From NCBI GenBank assembly GCA_964634665.1, contig CAZWJZ010000002.1, positions 1 through 54,761 on the forward strand: a DNA stretch of 54,761 bases, given 5' to 3'. Within the stretch, counting starts at the first letter, position 1, and every line of letters starts with the position of its first letter. Shown here piece by piece: positions 9,584-18,197 of this stretch. The notes under the pieces are model-generated. The model was not told the origin of the DNA. It did not search any database and saw only the letters and a list, made by a program, of their open reading frames with translations. The DNA is from an uncultured bacterium (GTDB taxonomy: Bacteria; Deinococcota; Deinococci; Deinococcales; Trueperaceae). A program made the position numbers and the translations under genes.

Positions 9584-10759
9584 ATGAAATCAAACCCTGG
9601 TGGGCAAGTAGACCCACAAAACTTAATAGGTCGCGACCAACTCATAAAAGAAATATGGGACACACTCGAGCAGCAAAGCGTAGTCATGACAGCAGAACGT
9701 CGTATTGGTAAAACAAGCATTATGCAAAAAATGCAAGCAGAACCAAAAGAAAAATGGATACCCATATATCAAGACTTAGAGAAATACAGTTCAGCACAAG
9801 AATTTGCACAATCAGTTTATGAAATTCTAAAAACCTACCAAAACTTAAGTAAAACAGCTGAAAATTACTTACAAAACCTACGCCAAGCACTGGCGGGTTT
9901 CAAGTTTGGCGACATAGAAATACCTGAAGCAAAAGATATTCCGTGGCAAAAGCTTTTAACAAGCTCAATTACAGACTTAGTAACAGACCCAGACTGGAAT
10001 AAGTACAAACTTGTCTTCTTGTGGGATGAAATACCCTATATGCTCTCAAACATAAAAAACAAAGAAGGCGAAGAAGTTGCTAAACAAATACTCGACATCC
10101 TTCGCTCACTACGCCAAGAACAAAAAAACTTTCGCATAGTCATGACAGGCTCAATAGGCCTACACCACGTCATAATTGACCTAAAAGAAAAAGGCTACAG
10201 CACAGCACCAATAAATGACATGTATACAATAGAAGTTAACCCACTACATGAAAGATATGCCAAAGAGCTAGCAAAAAAATTAATAACAGGAGAAAACATA
10301 ACAATAGAGGGAGAAGTTCAAGAAGAAGTCATAAGCACATTAGTTGAACAAACTGACGCCTTTCCCTACTACATACACCACATCATAAAAACGCTAAAAA
10401 CAGCAACAAACCCTATAACAAAAGAAACCGTAGAAGAAGTAGTGAAACAACAACTAACAAACTCAGATGACCCATGGCAACTAAGACACTTCGAAGAACG
10501 CCTACCCACCTACTACGAAGGTGAAGACAAAATAGCTAAACTCATATTAGATGAACTTGCCGTTCAAGACAGCCCACAATCAGTCAAAGATATGCAAAAA
10601 AGCATAACAAGCCAAACAGCATTAAAAGACCTAGAACAACTACGCAAACTCTTAAGACTTATGGCGCAAGACCACTACCTAAACAAAAACACCGACAATA
10701 AATACAGCTTTCGCTTCTCACTCATAAAACGCTGGTGGAAACTCGAAAGAGACCTCTAA
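9584..10759 (+). CDS. AAA+/Arch_ATPase-like P-loop NTPase with a C-terminal winged-helix-like domain
   Basis: Walker A TAERRIGKTS, Walker B LVFLWDEIP, sensor IVMTGS. An alternative in-frame ATG at 9575 lies inside the -10 hexamer. Confidence 0.7.
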   Translation: MKSNPGGQVDPQNLIGRDQLIKEIWDTLEQQSVVMTAERRIGKTSIMQKMQAEPKEKWIPIYQDLEKYSSAQEFAQSVYEILKTYQNLSKTAENYLQNLRQALAGFKFGDIEIPEAKDIPWQKLLTSSITDLVTDPDWNKYKLVFLWDEIPYMLSNIKNKEGEEVAKQILDILRSLRQEQKNFRIVMTGSIGLHHVIIDLKEKGYSTAPINDMYTIEVNPLHERYAKELAKKLITGENITIEGEVQEEVISTLVEQTDAFPYYIHHIIKTLKTATNPITKETVEEVVKQQLTNSDDPWQLRHFEERLPTYYEGEDKIAKLILDELAVQDSPQSVKDMQKSITSQTALKDLEQLRKLLRLMAQDHYLNKNTDNKYSFRFSLIKRWWKLERDL

Positions 10760-12913
10760 ATGACCACCGAACCCCCAAAATACCTATCTGTCTTCACACC
10801 CAGCCAAACCAACCCAGAAGACCTAGAAGCCATATTTGTACAAAGACAAGACTACCTAAAAGACGCCATAGAACGCATAAAAGAAAGCGCAACCACAGGC
10901 AACAAACACCACCAACTCATAGTAGGCCAACGTGGCTCAGGCAAAACCAACCTAGTCACCCTACTCGTATACAGACTCGAGCAAGACCAAACACTAAAAG
11001 AGCAGTTACAAATAGCATGGCTAAATGAAGATGAAACCAGCGTAAAATTCTTAGACATCCTCTTAAGAATCTACCAAGCACTAAACAAACGCTACCCCAA
11101 GTACTACCCACAAAACACGCTAGAAGAAGCCTACGAAAAAACAGAAAAACAAGCACAAGACTACCTTGCTACAAGCATAGCAAGCAGCCTAAACCAAAAC
11201 AAAAAAACCCTACTCATAATCATAGAAAACCTAGATGCAGTCTTTGAAAGCATAGGTGACCAAGGCCAAAAACAACTACGAGCCTACATACAAGAAAACC
11301 CACACTTCAGCATTTTTGCCACTGCACAAAAACTCATAGATAACTTAACAAACCGCAAAGACCCCTTCTTTGGCTTCTTTCAAACAGAACACCTACAACC
11401 CCTAAACGAACAAGAAGCCACCCAACTCATAAGCAACATAGCAGACCTACAACACAAACCCAAGGTAACAGCATTCTTAAAAACACCCAAAGGCCAAGCA
11501 CGCATAAAAGCACTACACCACCTATCAGGCGGCAACCACCGCATGTACATAGTACTCTCACAATTCATAAATCAAGACAGTATAGATGCACTCGTACCAC
11601 CTTTTCTAAAAATGGTAGACGAACTCACCCCCTACTACCAAGAACGGCTAAGATGGCTACCCCCCCAACAACGCAAAATAATAGAACAACTAAGCAACAG
11701 CCGAACCACCATGACCGTAACCCAACTAGCCAAACGCCTATTTGCAAGCAACCAAACAACCTCAAAACAACTACAAGAACTACGCAACAAAGGCTACGTG
11801 CAATCACACAAAGACGGGCGTGAATCACACTATGAAATAAGTGAACCCCTCATGCGCATATGCACCGAAGTAAAAGAAAACCAAAGAAACGAACCCCTAG
11901 CTATACTCATAGACTTTATAAGAGCATGGTACGACAGCCAAGACCTAAACGAACGCCTGAAAAATAAAGCTATTTCAACAACAGCTAAATACTATTTAGA
12001 AGCAGCACTTGAAAAAAGCATGTCTTTAGAAAGGAAAATTAACAAACAACTAACCCTAACTGACAAGAGCTTAGCCAAAACACTTAACTCTTATGATACG
12101 AAGCAAAGTGAGGTAGAGGCTTTTGACGAAAAGATAGCTGATTTGACCCAAGTGATTGAGTTGAAAGATGCACCTGTTGAGCAAGTAGCTATTGCACTTT
12201 TGTATCGTGGTGTTAGTTATGGTCAGCTGGGTGAAACGGATAAAGAGATAGCTGATTACACTCAAGTGATTGAGTTGAAAGATGCACCTGTTGAGCAAGT
12301 AGCTATTGCACTTGTTGGTCGTGGTATAGGCTTTTTTGGTAAAAAAGAATATGTTTTGGCAAGTCAAGATTTAAGAGCAATTATTTTAAATTACACTTCT
12401 CATTATGAGCAAGTTCAACTTGCATATATGTGCTTGGCTGAACTAGAGCTTATACAGATGCATTGGACAGAAGCGTTACAATGCATTACTGAAGGGTTGA
12501 AAGTAATGCTTGATGACAATGATTCAAGCCGCTACAACTCTCAAGATATCATTGGCGCTTTGTTTACAACGACTCAAGCTACACAAGAGCGCACAGAGCG
12601 TATTACTGAAATGCTTCAAATTTACAAGAACCATGAGCAGGCGCTTGCTTCTTTGGGGTCAGGTCTGGTCGAGCATTTGGGTTCTTTATTTCAAGCAGAT
12701 GAATTACCTTTTAAAGATAATCTAGAGTCTTGGTTAGTTGCTTGGCAAGCAGCAAGTAAAGATATTGAAGGTTTAAGTGTTGCTATGCGCATTTTTGAAG
12801 TGGGTGTAGAGTTCTTGAAGTCTAAAGGTAAGCATGAAGGGGTTTTGTATACGTTGGTAGAGACTGAACGTAGTATTTTGAGGCAGGCTTTAGGGTTAGA
12901 TGAAGCTTCTTAA
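10760..12913 (+). CDS. ORC/Cdc6- or STAND-like P-loop NTPase with a winged HTH and C-terminal TPR-like repeats
   Basis: Walker A VGQRGSGKTNL, Walker B LLIIIENLD, wHTH MTVTQLAKRLFASNQTTSKQLQELRNKGYVQSHKDGRESHYEIS, and a repeated helical C-terminus. The start abuts the upstream stop (TAAATG). Confidence 0.7.
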   Translation: MTTEPPKYLSVFTPSQTNPEDLEAIFVQRQDYLKDAIERIKESATTGNKHHQLIVGQRGSGKTNLVTLLVYRLEQDQTLKEQLQIAWLNEDETSVKFLDILLRIYQALNKRYPKYYPQNTLEEAYEKTEKQAQDYLATSIASSLNQNKKTLLIIIENLDAVFESIGDQGQKQLRAYIQENPHFSIFATAQKLIDNLTNRKDPFFGFFQTEHLQPLNEQEATQLISNIADLQHKPKVTAFLKTPKGQARIKALHHLSGGNHRMYIVLSQFINQDSIDALVPPFLKMVDELTPYYQERLRWLPPQQRKIIEQLSNSRTTMTVTQLAKRLFASNQTTSKQLQELRNKGYVQSHKDGRESHYEISEPLMRICTEVKENQRNEPLAILIDFIRAWYDSQDLNERLKNKAISTTAKYYLEAALEKSMSLERKINKQLTLTDKSLAKTLNSYDTKQSEVEAFDEKIADLTQVIELKDAPVEQVAIALLYRGVSYGQLGETDKEIADYTQVIELKDAPVEQVAIALVGRGIGFFGKKEYVLASQDLRAIILNYTSHYEQVQLAYMCLAELELIQMHWTEALQCITEGLKVMLDDNDSSRYNSQDIIGALFTTTQATQERTERITEMLQIYKNHEQALASLGSGLVEHLGSLFQADELPFKDNLESWLVAWQAASKDIEGLSVAMRIFEVGVEFLKSKGKHEGVLYTLVETERSILRQALGLDEAS
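12132..12312 (+). repeat. 114-bp (38-codon) tandem duplication inside the NTPase-TPR gene
   Basis: AGATAGCTGATT..CAAGTGATTGAGTTGAAAGATGCACCTGTTGAGCAAGTAGCTATTGCACTT occurs at 12132 and again at 12246 with 3 mismatches in about 68 nt. Confidence 0.85.
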
Positions 12914-12937
12914 GAATTACCTTCCTTTGTGTTAAAC

Positions 12938-12964
12938 AAAAAACCGCAGCTTTAAAAGCTGCGG
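12938..12964 (-). terminator. Intrinsic terminator between convergent genes; strong on the minus strand, possibly bidirectional
   Basis: CCGCAGC-TTTAAAA-GCTGCGG, with AAAAAA on the plus side giving TTTTTT on the minus strand. Confidence 0.75.
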
Positions 12965-12986
12965 TTAGAGTTCAAGAAGCAAAGGT

Positions 12987-13619
12987 TTACTGAATAGCGT
13001 TTACATTTACATTACTAATAATTTCAAAGCCGTTCGGTAAACCCGCTAAAGCTTCATGTGAGAACAGCGCATTAACAGCAGTTACGTCTGTGGTTGCAAT
13101 AACGTAGGTGCGGTAGCTTTGACCCGGAGAAGCAAAACGAACTTGTGCAGTCCAGTCACCTGTTGCGCTTGCTGTTATTTCTTGCTGTGGGTAAACAATG
13201 GGTGGGTTACTAGCAGGGCTTTCTAAGACCAAAAAGTAACGCTCATTTTCTGCTGTGCGGCTATTTAGGCGTCCTTGCAGTTCAACCCAGCCGTCAGCAT
13301 CTTGTAGTAAAGCACCATTTGTGGGGCTCATAATGGCAGCGCGGTAATTACTAAAGTCGATTTCTGGGGTGACAACTTCAGAGCTAATGATTGGCGTTTC
13401 AACTGTGTCTAGTGTTCCTACAAGAGGCAGGCTTGGGGTGCTGCTTTCGGCTCTTACGTCACTAACTAAATCAGCATTTGTAGCGCTAGTACTAACCGTA
13501 GCTTGTATGGTGCTTGGGCGTCTACGGACATACTCATAGGCAAGTCCAAAAAGAACAATATAGGCAGCTAGTGCGATGGCTAACCAACCTGAAGGTGTAA
13601 TACGTCGTTGTTGCGTCAT
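12987..13619 (-). CDS. Single-pass membrane-anchored protein with an extracytoplasmic domain; function unknown
   Basis: MTQQRRITPSGWLAIALAAYIVLFGLAY anchor. The ATG at 13619 has AAGGAG upstream. The track ORF is extended 30 codons upstream. Confidence 0.6.
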   Translation of the reverse strand: MTQQRRITPSGWLAIALAAYIVLFGLAYEYVRRRPSTIQATVSTSATNADLVSDVRAESSTPSLPLVGTLDTVETPIISSEVVTPEIDFSNYRAAIMSPTNGALLQDADGWVELQGRLNSRTAENERYFLVLESPASNPPIVYPQQEITASATGDWTAQVRFASPGQSYRTYVIATTDVTAVNALFSHEALAGLPNGFEIISNVNVNAIQ

Positions 13620-13779
13620 GATGCTCCTTCTTACAATAATACGGCAAAGTGCCGAATAGCTTAAACTGATTATAAAGAAAAGCTCGAGCTTTTTGCCCTC
13701 AGGCATCACGTTTTATGGTCAACATGAAATAATTGTGAATAGAATTTTTGGTACAACTAGGAAAAAGAAAAGGTGATGT

Positions 13780-14862
13780 ATGCAAACTGACTTAGTTATC
13801 AATAAGTCTGATATTCGTGAGTTTAAATTTACTAAGCTCGAGCCTGAACGCTTAGCAGATGGGCAGGTTCGTTTGGTTTTGGATAGTTTTGCGGTTACGG
13901 CTAATAACATTACCTACGCTGCTACAGGGCATAGTTTTAAGTACTGGCAGTTTTTTCCTAGCACGGAGGGTTGGGGTAAGTTGCCTGTTTGGGGCTTTGC
14001 GAGCATAGCTGAGTCTAAGCATGCTGAGCTTAAGATTGGGGAGCGTATTTATGGTTATTTTCCTCTAGCGACAGAGCTTGTTGTGACTGCGTCTAAAGTA
14101 ACGGATGGGGGGTTTTATGATGCTGCTGAGCATCGTCAAGATTTAAATCCTGTTTACAATAGTTATGTTCGTACGCATGCAAGTGAAGGCTTTGCGGTTG
14201 AGCATAATCACTTGAATTCGCTTTTGCGCCCCATGTTCATGACTTCTTTTATGATTGATGATCAGCTTGAAGATAATGCTTTTTTTGATGCTGAAGACAT
14301 TGTTATGTCAAGCGCATCTAGTAAAACAGCATTAGGTAGCGCTTTTTTGCTTAAGAAAAACCGTGCAGAGCGTAAGCCGTACAGCATTATAGCTTTAACC
14401 TCTCAAGCTAATAAAGCTTTTGTGCAGAGTCTAAACTACTACGATGTGGTTCTAACTTATGACGAATTAACTAAGCTCGAGTCTGGTCGCAAGACTGCTT
14501 ATATTGATTTTGCGGGTAATGGACAGTTACGTAAAGATATTCATAATCACTATGCAGATAACTTAAAGCATAGCAGTATGATTGGTTTGGCACATTGGCA
14601 GCAGGCGGGTAAAAGGGAGGCTCTGCCGGGGGTAAAACCAAGTTTTTTCTTTGCACCAACCCAAATACAAAAACGAATGCAAGATTGGGGGCGAGAGGGT
14701 TATCAGGCAAAACTAAATGAAGCGTGGTTGGGCTTTATTGAAACGGCAGACACGTGGTTAGATGTAACTGAAGGGCAAGGGGAAGCAGCCATTAGTCAGG
14801 TTTATAAAGCTATGCTTAACAATAGTGCAGACCCAAAAAAAGGCTACATTTTAAGCTTTTAG
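13780..14862 (+). CDS. Conserved hypothetical protein, DUF2855-like / MDR-dehydrogenase-like fold
   Basis: 360 aa with AAGGTGA RBS. The family name comes from recollection of N-terminal similarity only. Confidence 0.55.
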   Translation: MQTDLVINKSDIREFKFTKLEPERLADGQVRLVLDSFAVTANNITYAATGHSFKYWQFFPSTEGWGKLPVWGFASIAESKHAELKIGERIYGYFPLATELVVTASKVTDGGFYDAAEHRQDLNPVYNSYVRTHASEGFAVEHNHLNSLLRPMFMTSFMIDDQLEDNAFFDAEDIVMSSASSKTALGSAFLLKKNRAERKPYSIIALTSQANKAFVQSLNYYDVVLTYDELTKLESGRKTAYIDFAGNGQLRKDIHNHYADNLKHSSMIGLAHWQQAGKREALPGVKPSFFFAPTQIQKRMQDWGREGYQAKLNEAWLGFIETADTWLDVTEGQGEAAISQVYKAMLNNSADPKKGYILSF

Positions 14863-15377
14863 GGTTCTTCAAAGACTTCTGTTTCATCAGGAGCATAGAA
14901 ATCAATTTGCTCTAACACAGCTTTAACTATGTCACTCGGAAAGCCGCGTCTTGCTAAAAAAGCGTAACTCTTAGCGTATCTTTTTTGCGGTTCGGCTTTC
15001 AAAATACGCCACATGGTTTTATCAAGCACCCTCTGTGCAGCCTCAATTTGGCTGTGCTTATCTAAAGGCTCGAGTGTTTTTTCTATAACTTCTGTGCTGA
15101 CGCCTTTTTGTTTGAGTTCTTGCTTTAAAGCGTTGCTGCCTTTGCGTTGTTGGCGGCTTCTTATGTAGGAAGCTGCGAACATTTCGTCATCTACAAATTT
15201 GAGTTCAACAAGGCGTGCCATGACTTTTTCTATGATCTCTTCTTCGGCTTCTTTTTTCTTTAGCTTGTCCCTGAGTTGCTTTTTGGTGTAGGCTTTGCGA
15301 GCTAAAAGCCACAAGACATAATTCCAGCTTCGTTTGTAGTCATAGATTTTTTTTGGCTTTAGCGCTTGCTCGGTCAT
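14859..15377 (-). CDS. recX: Recombination regulator RecX
   Basis: Three-repeat helical pattern with FVDDEMFAASYIRSRQQRKGSNALKQELKQKGV. Confidence 0.8.
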   Translation of the reverse strand: MTEQALKPKKIYDYKRSWNYVLWLLARKAYTKKQLRDKLKKKEAEEEIIEKVMARLVELKFVDDEMFAASYIRSRQQRKGSNALKQELKQKGVSTEVIEKTLEPLDKHSQIEAAQRVLDKTMWRILKAEPQKRYAKSYAFLARRGFPSDIVKAVLEQIDFYAPDETEVFEEP

Positions 15378-15416
15378 TTGCTAACACAATAGCGTGCTTG
15401 CTGTCTTGCTTGCGTT

Positions 15417-16355
15417 ATGCTAGTTAGAGTGACACTTAAAGACCGCTTTTTAAATAAGGATGAACGCGCACTTGCTCGGGCTATTTCTCTAGTTGAGTCA
15501 GCTTCGCCTGAAGGTCAAGCGTTCCTTAGGGCCTTAAGAACAGCAACCTCAAACAGCCATATTGTGGGTATAACGGGTTCACCTGGCAGCGGTAAGAGTA
15601 CTTTAACGGATCAACTCATAGCGCAAGTTAGAGCGCAAGATAAAACAGTTGCCATAATTGCGGTTGACCCTACCAGTCCTTACTCAGGGGGCGCTATTTT
15701 AGGGGATCGTATTCGCATGATGCGTTGGCACCAAGACCCTAAGGTGTTTATTCGGTCCATGGCGACCCGTGGTCACTTGGGAGGCTTAGCTGCAGCTAGC
15801 TTGCAGGTAGTCGCCCTCTTAGAGGCTTACGGATTTGACTATATTTTTATAGAAACGGTCGGGGTAGGGCAGTCAGAAGTAGATATTGTAAGAGTGGCAG
15901 ATACCACCCTGCTGGTACTCACGCCAGGGCAAGGTGACGGAGTGCAGGCCTTCAAGGCAGGCATTATGGAAATAGCAGATGTCTTTGCCATAAACAAATA
16001 TGACCTTGCAGGCGCGCAGCGCTTAAAAAGAGAAATCAAAGCTGCCCTTGAATTAAGTCACCCAGAAGCAAATGACTGGTGGCCCATCATTCAAGAAACC
16101 ATAGCTTCAAAAGGACAATATAGTGACAAGCTGTTTGAAGCTCTAGCAAAACACCATCAGTTCTTAGAAGAAACAGGCAAGCTCGAGCTTAAAAAGCGTG
16201 AACGAATGCGTTTTGAGATTTCTAGTTTACTTAGTGAGCAAGTTCGTTTGGCTTTGCAGGCTAAAGAAGATGGCTTTATTGAAGCGGTTCTAAAAGGTGA
16301 AAAGACAGTACTTGCGGCAGCGCAAGAGCTTCTTGCCTCTAAAGATGAATCTTAA
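15417..16355 (+). CDS. meaB: MeaB/ArgK-type G3E GTPase (methylmalonyl-CoA mutase accessory)
   Basis: GSPGSGKST P-loop, AVDPTSPYSGGAILGDRIRM, ETVGVGQSE, NKYD. Confidence 0.85.
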   Translation: MLVRVTLKDRFLNKDERALARAISLVESASPEGQAFLRALRTATSNSHIVGITGSPGSGKSTLTDQLIAQVRAQDKTVAIIAVDPTSPYSGGAILGDRIRMMRWHQDPKVFIRSMATRGHLGGLAAASLQVVALLEAYGFDYIFIETVGVGQSEVDIVRVADTTLLVLTPGQGDGVQAFKAGIMEIADVFAINKYDLAGAQRLKREIKAALELSHPEANDWWPIIQETIASKGQYSDKLFEALAKHHQFLEETGKLELKKRERMRFEISSLLSEQVRLALQAKEDGFIEAVLKGEKTVLAAAQELLASKDES

Positions 16356-16365
16356 GAAACACTAA

Positions 16366-17598
16366 TTAGGTTTTGCGAAAAGGCTCGAGTCTGAAGTAGG
16401 TTAAGCTACGCCAGAGCCACTCGAGTGGGCCGTAGCGGAAGTGCTTTAGCCACCATGCTGATAGGACTAGCTGTATGGCCCAAATAAGTAGAACGATAGC
16501 GCCTTGACTTAAGCGGTTAAGGTTGCCGTAAAGCCCTAAACCAAATCCATAAAAAATAAAGGTGGCTAAGAGTGATTGAGAAATGTAATTACTGAGCGCC
16601 ATGCGTCCAACGGCTGTTAAGCGATTTTGTAGGGTTTTGAATATAGAGGTTTGACTCCAGAGCATAACCAAAGCAAGGTAAGCGCAAGCTATAAAAGGTG
16701 TCGCAAGATGATTAGGTATGCGCCCTAAAAATAAAGCGTAAGCAGCATCCCAGTTATTAGCGTAGTATAAGTAAAGCCCTATAGAGGCCAAAGGAATGCC
16801 AATTAAAAAACCAAAAAGAAGCATGCGTTTATAAAAAAGATTGCTACGCTGCGCGGTCAAAATGCCTAGCGTGTAAAACGCCATGCCTAAAAGCATCATG
16901 CCAAACGCTCGAGCGAACGCTTCAAGCAAAAAAGAAACATCTAAAAGATCTTGAGCTGTGCTGCTCGCTTGATCTTCACTATCAAAGCGGTAGCTGAGTT
17001 GCTTAGAGTAAGCAGCTCTATGCACAGCAATATCTTCAGCTAACGCTTGCGCTGAAGGTGCAAAGTTTTGAATCAGTACTTGTTGACCCTCAAGATCTAA
17101 ACTACTTAACTGCCTTGAAATAAAGACACTAAACAAAGAAGGTAAAAAGAAAACAAGAAGCCCTATGCTAATTTGCAAGCTTGGCTTTAAGTCTTTAAAG
17201 AAAAACAAGAAAAAAGAACAAAGCGCGTAAACAAGTAAAACATCCCCCTGCCAAACAAAAATGCCATGAAGCAAACCAAAAAGCAAAAGCCAGCCATTAC
17301 GCACATAATGAACTCGAGTGGCCTTTTTGCCTTGCTGCGCTGATTTACTGAATAGCAGCATGACACTAGCACCAAAAAGCATCGAAAAGAGTGCCATGAA
17401 TTTCTGGTCAGCCATAATATGCACAAAGCCATAAACAAAGCGATTTATGCCCTCACCCCCATAAAGCGTCGGGTTGTTGTAAGCCGCGTCGGGCATTGAA
17501 AAACTCATGATGTTCATGCTCAAAATACCCAAAAGAGCAAAGCCTCTTAGCAAATCAATAGCAACAATACGGTTTTTTGAGACAGAAGGCACAGTCAT
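16366..17598 (-). CDS. DUF418/YeiB-like polytopic membrane protein
   Basis: N-terminal RIVAIDLLRGFALLGI motif and about 10 TM segments. Confidence 0.7.
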   Translation of the reverse strand: MTVPSVSKNRIVAIDLLRGFALLGILSMNIMSFSMPDAAYNNPTLYGGEGINRFVYGFVHIMADQKFMALFSMLFGASVMLLFSKSAQQGKKATRVHYVRNGWLLLFGLLHGIFVWQGDVLLVYALCSFFLFFFKDLKPSLQISIGLLVFFLPSLFSVFISRQLSSLDLEGQQVLIQNFAPSAQALAEDIAVHRAAYSKQLSYRFDSEDQASSTAQDLLDVSFLLEAFARAFGMMLLGMAFYTLGILTAQRSNLFYKRMLLFGFLIGIPLASIGLYLYYANNWDAAYALFLGRIPNHLATPFIACAYLALVMLWSQTSIFKTLQNRLTAVGRMALSNYISQSLLATFIFYGFGLGLYGNLNRLSQGAIVLLIWAIQLVLSAWWLKHFRYGPLEWLWRSLTYFRLEPFRKT

Positions 17599-17621
17599 AA
17601 CTCTATTTTTTAACCCATAGA

Positions 17622-17651
17622 TTGCTCAAAATGCTTTATTCTCGTTACTAT
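17622..17651 (+). promoter_or_regulatory. Promoter TTGCTC-18-TACTAT of coaD
   Basis: The -10 ends 5 nt before the ATG at 17657, giving leaderless-type geometry. Confidence 0.4.
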
Positions 17652-17656
17652 AGGAC

Positions 17657-18133
17657 ATGATTAAAGCCATATACCCAGGTAGTTTTGACCCAATTCATAA
17701 TGGGCACCTAGACATTATTAAACGCTCGAGTCAGATTTATGAGCTTACTGTAGCGGTACTTAATAACCCCTACAAGCAAAATAAGTGGTTTTCAAGTGAA
17801 GAGCGTTTAGCAATGGTTGAAGAAGCAACCAAAGACCTGCCGAACGTGAAGGTTGATATTTTTGAGGGTCTACTTGTTCACTATGCACAAAAAAAGCATG
17901 CCCCTGTTATCTTGAAAAGCTTGCGTAACGGTACTGACTTTGAATATGAGGCGTCTATGGCGCATATGAATCAGCATATGTACGCAGCTGCAGAAACGGT
18001 GTTTTTGCTAACCAAACCCGAGTGGTCATTTTTATCAAGTAGTCGGGTTAAAGAAATTATTAGTTACGGAGTTAATGTAAGTGATTTGGTGCCAGAGGTT
18101 GCCTTAAAAGCACTAAATGCCAAAATGGCTTAA
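17657..18133 (+). CDS. coaD: Phosphopantetheine adenylyltransferase
   Basis: AIYPGSFDPIHNGHLDII motif, 158 aa. Confidence 0.92.
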   Translation: MIKAIYPGSFDPIHNGHLDIIKRSSQIYELTVAVLNNPYKQNKWFSSEERLAMVEEATKDLPNVKVDIFEGLLVHYAQKKHAPVILKSLRNGTDFEYEASMAHMNQHMYAAAETVFLLTKPEWSFLSSSRVKEIISYGVNVSDLVPEVALKALNAKMA

Positions 18134-18197
18134 TAATAGTTAAACTCTTTGGCGCCCAGCTTTAAATCTGGATCTAAGTAATTCGGTAAGCTAGGCT

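Noticed and set aside
10735-12725. Numerous 60-100-aa track ORFs overlapping the NTPase genes (10735-11028, 10852-11058, 10956-11156, 11380-11568, 11625-11828, 12071-12367, 12510-12725)
   Set aside because: They lie in alternative frames or antisense to well-supported genes and have low-complexity, Pro/Arg/Thr- or Cys/Leu-rich translations. Strongly A+C- or G+T-skewed DNA is depleted in stop codons, which makes such shadow ORFs expected.
10977-13682. The longest CTCGAG-free gaps (10977-13682, 50699-52923, 45909-47613), considered as evidence that those genes are foreign
   Set aside because: With a mean spacing of about 0.68 kb, one or two gaps above 2.5 kb among 80 intervals are expected by chance under an exponential model. 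The gaps are therefore not used as evidence.
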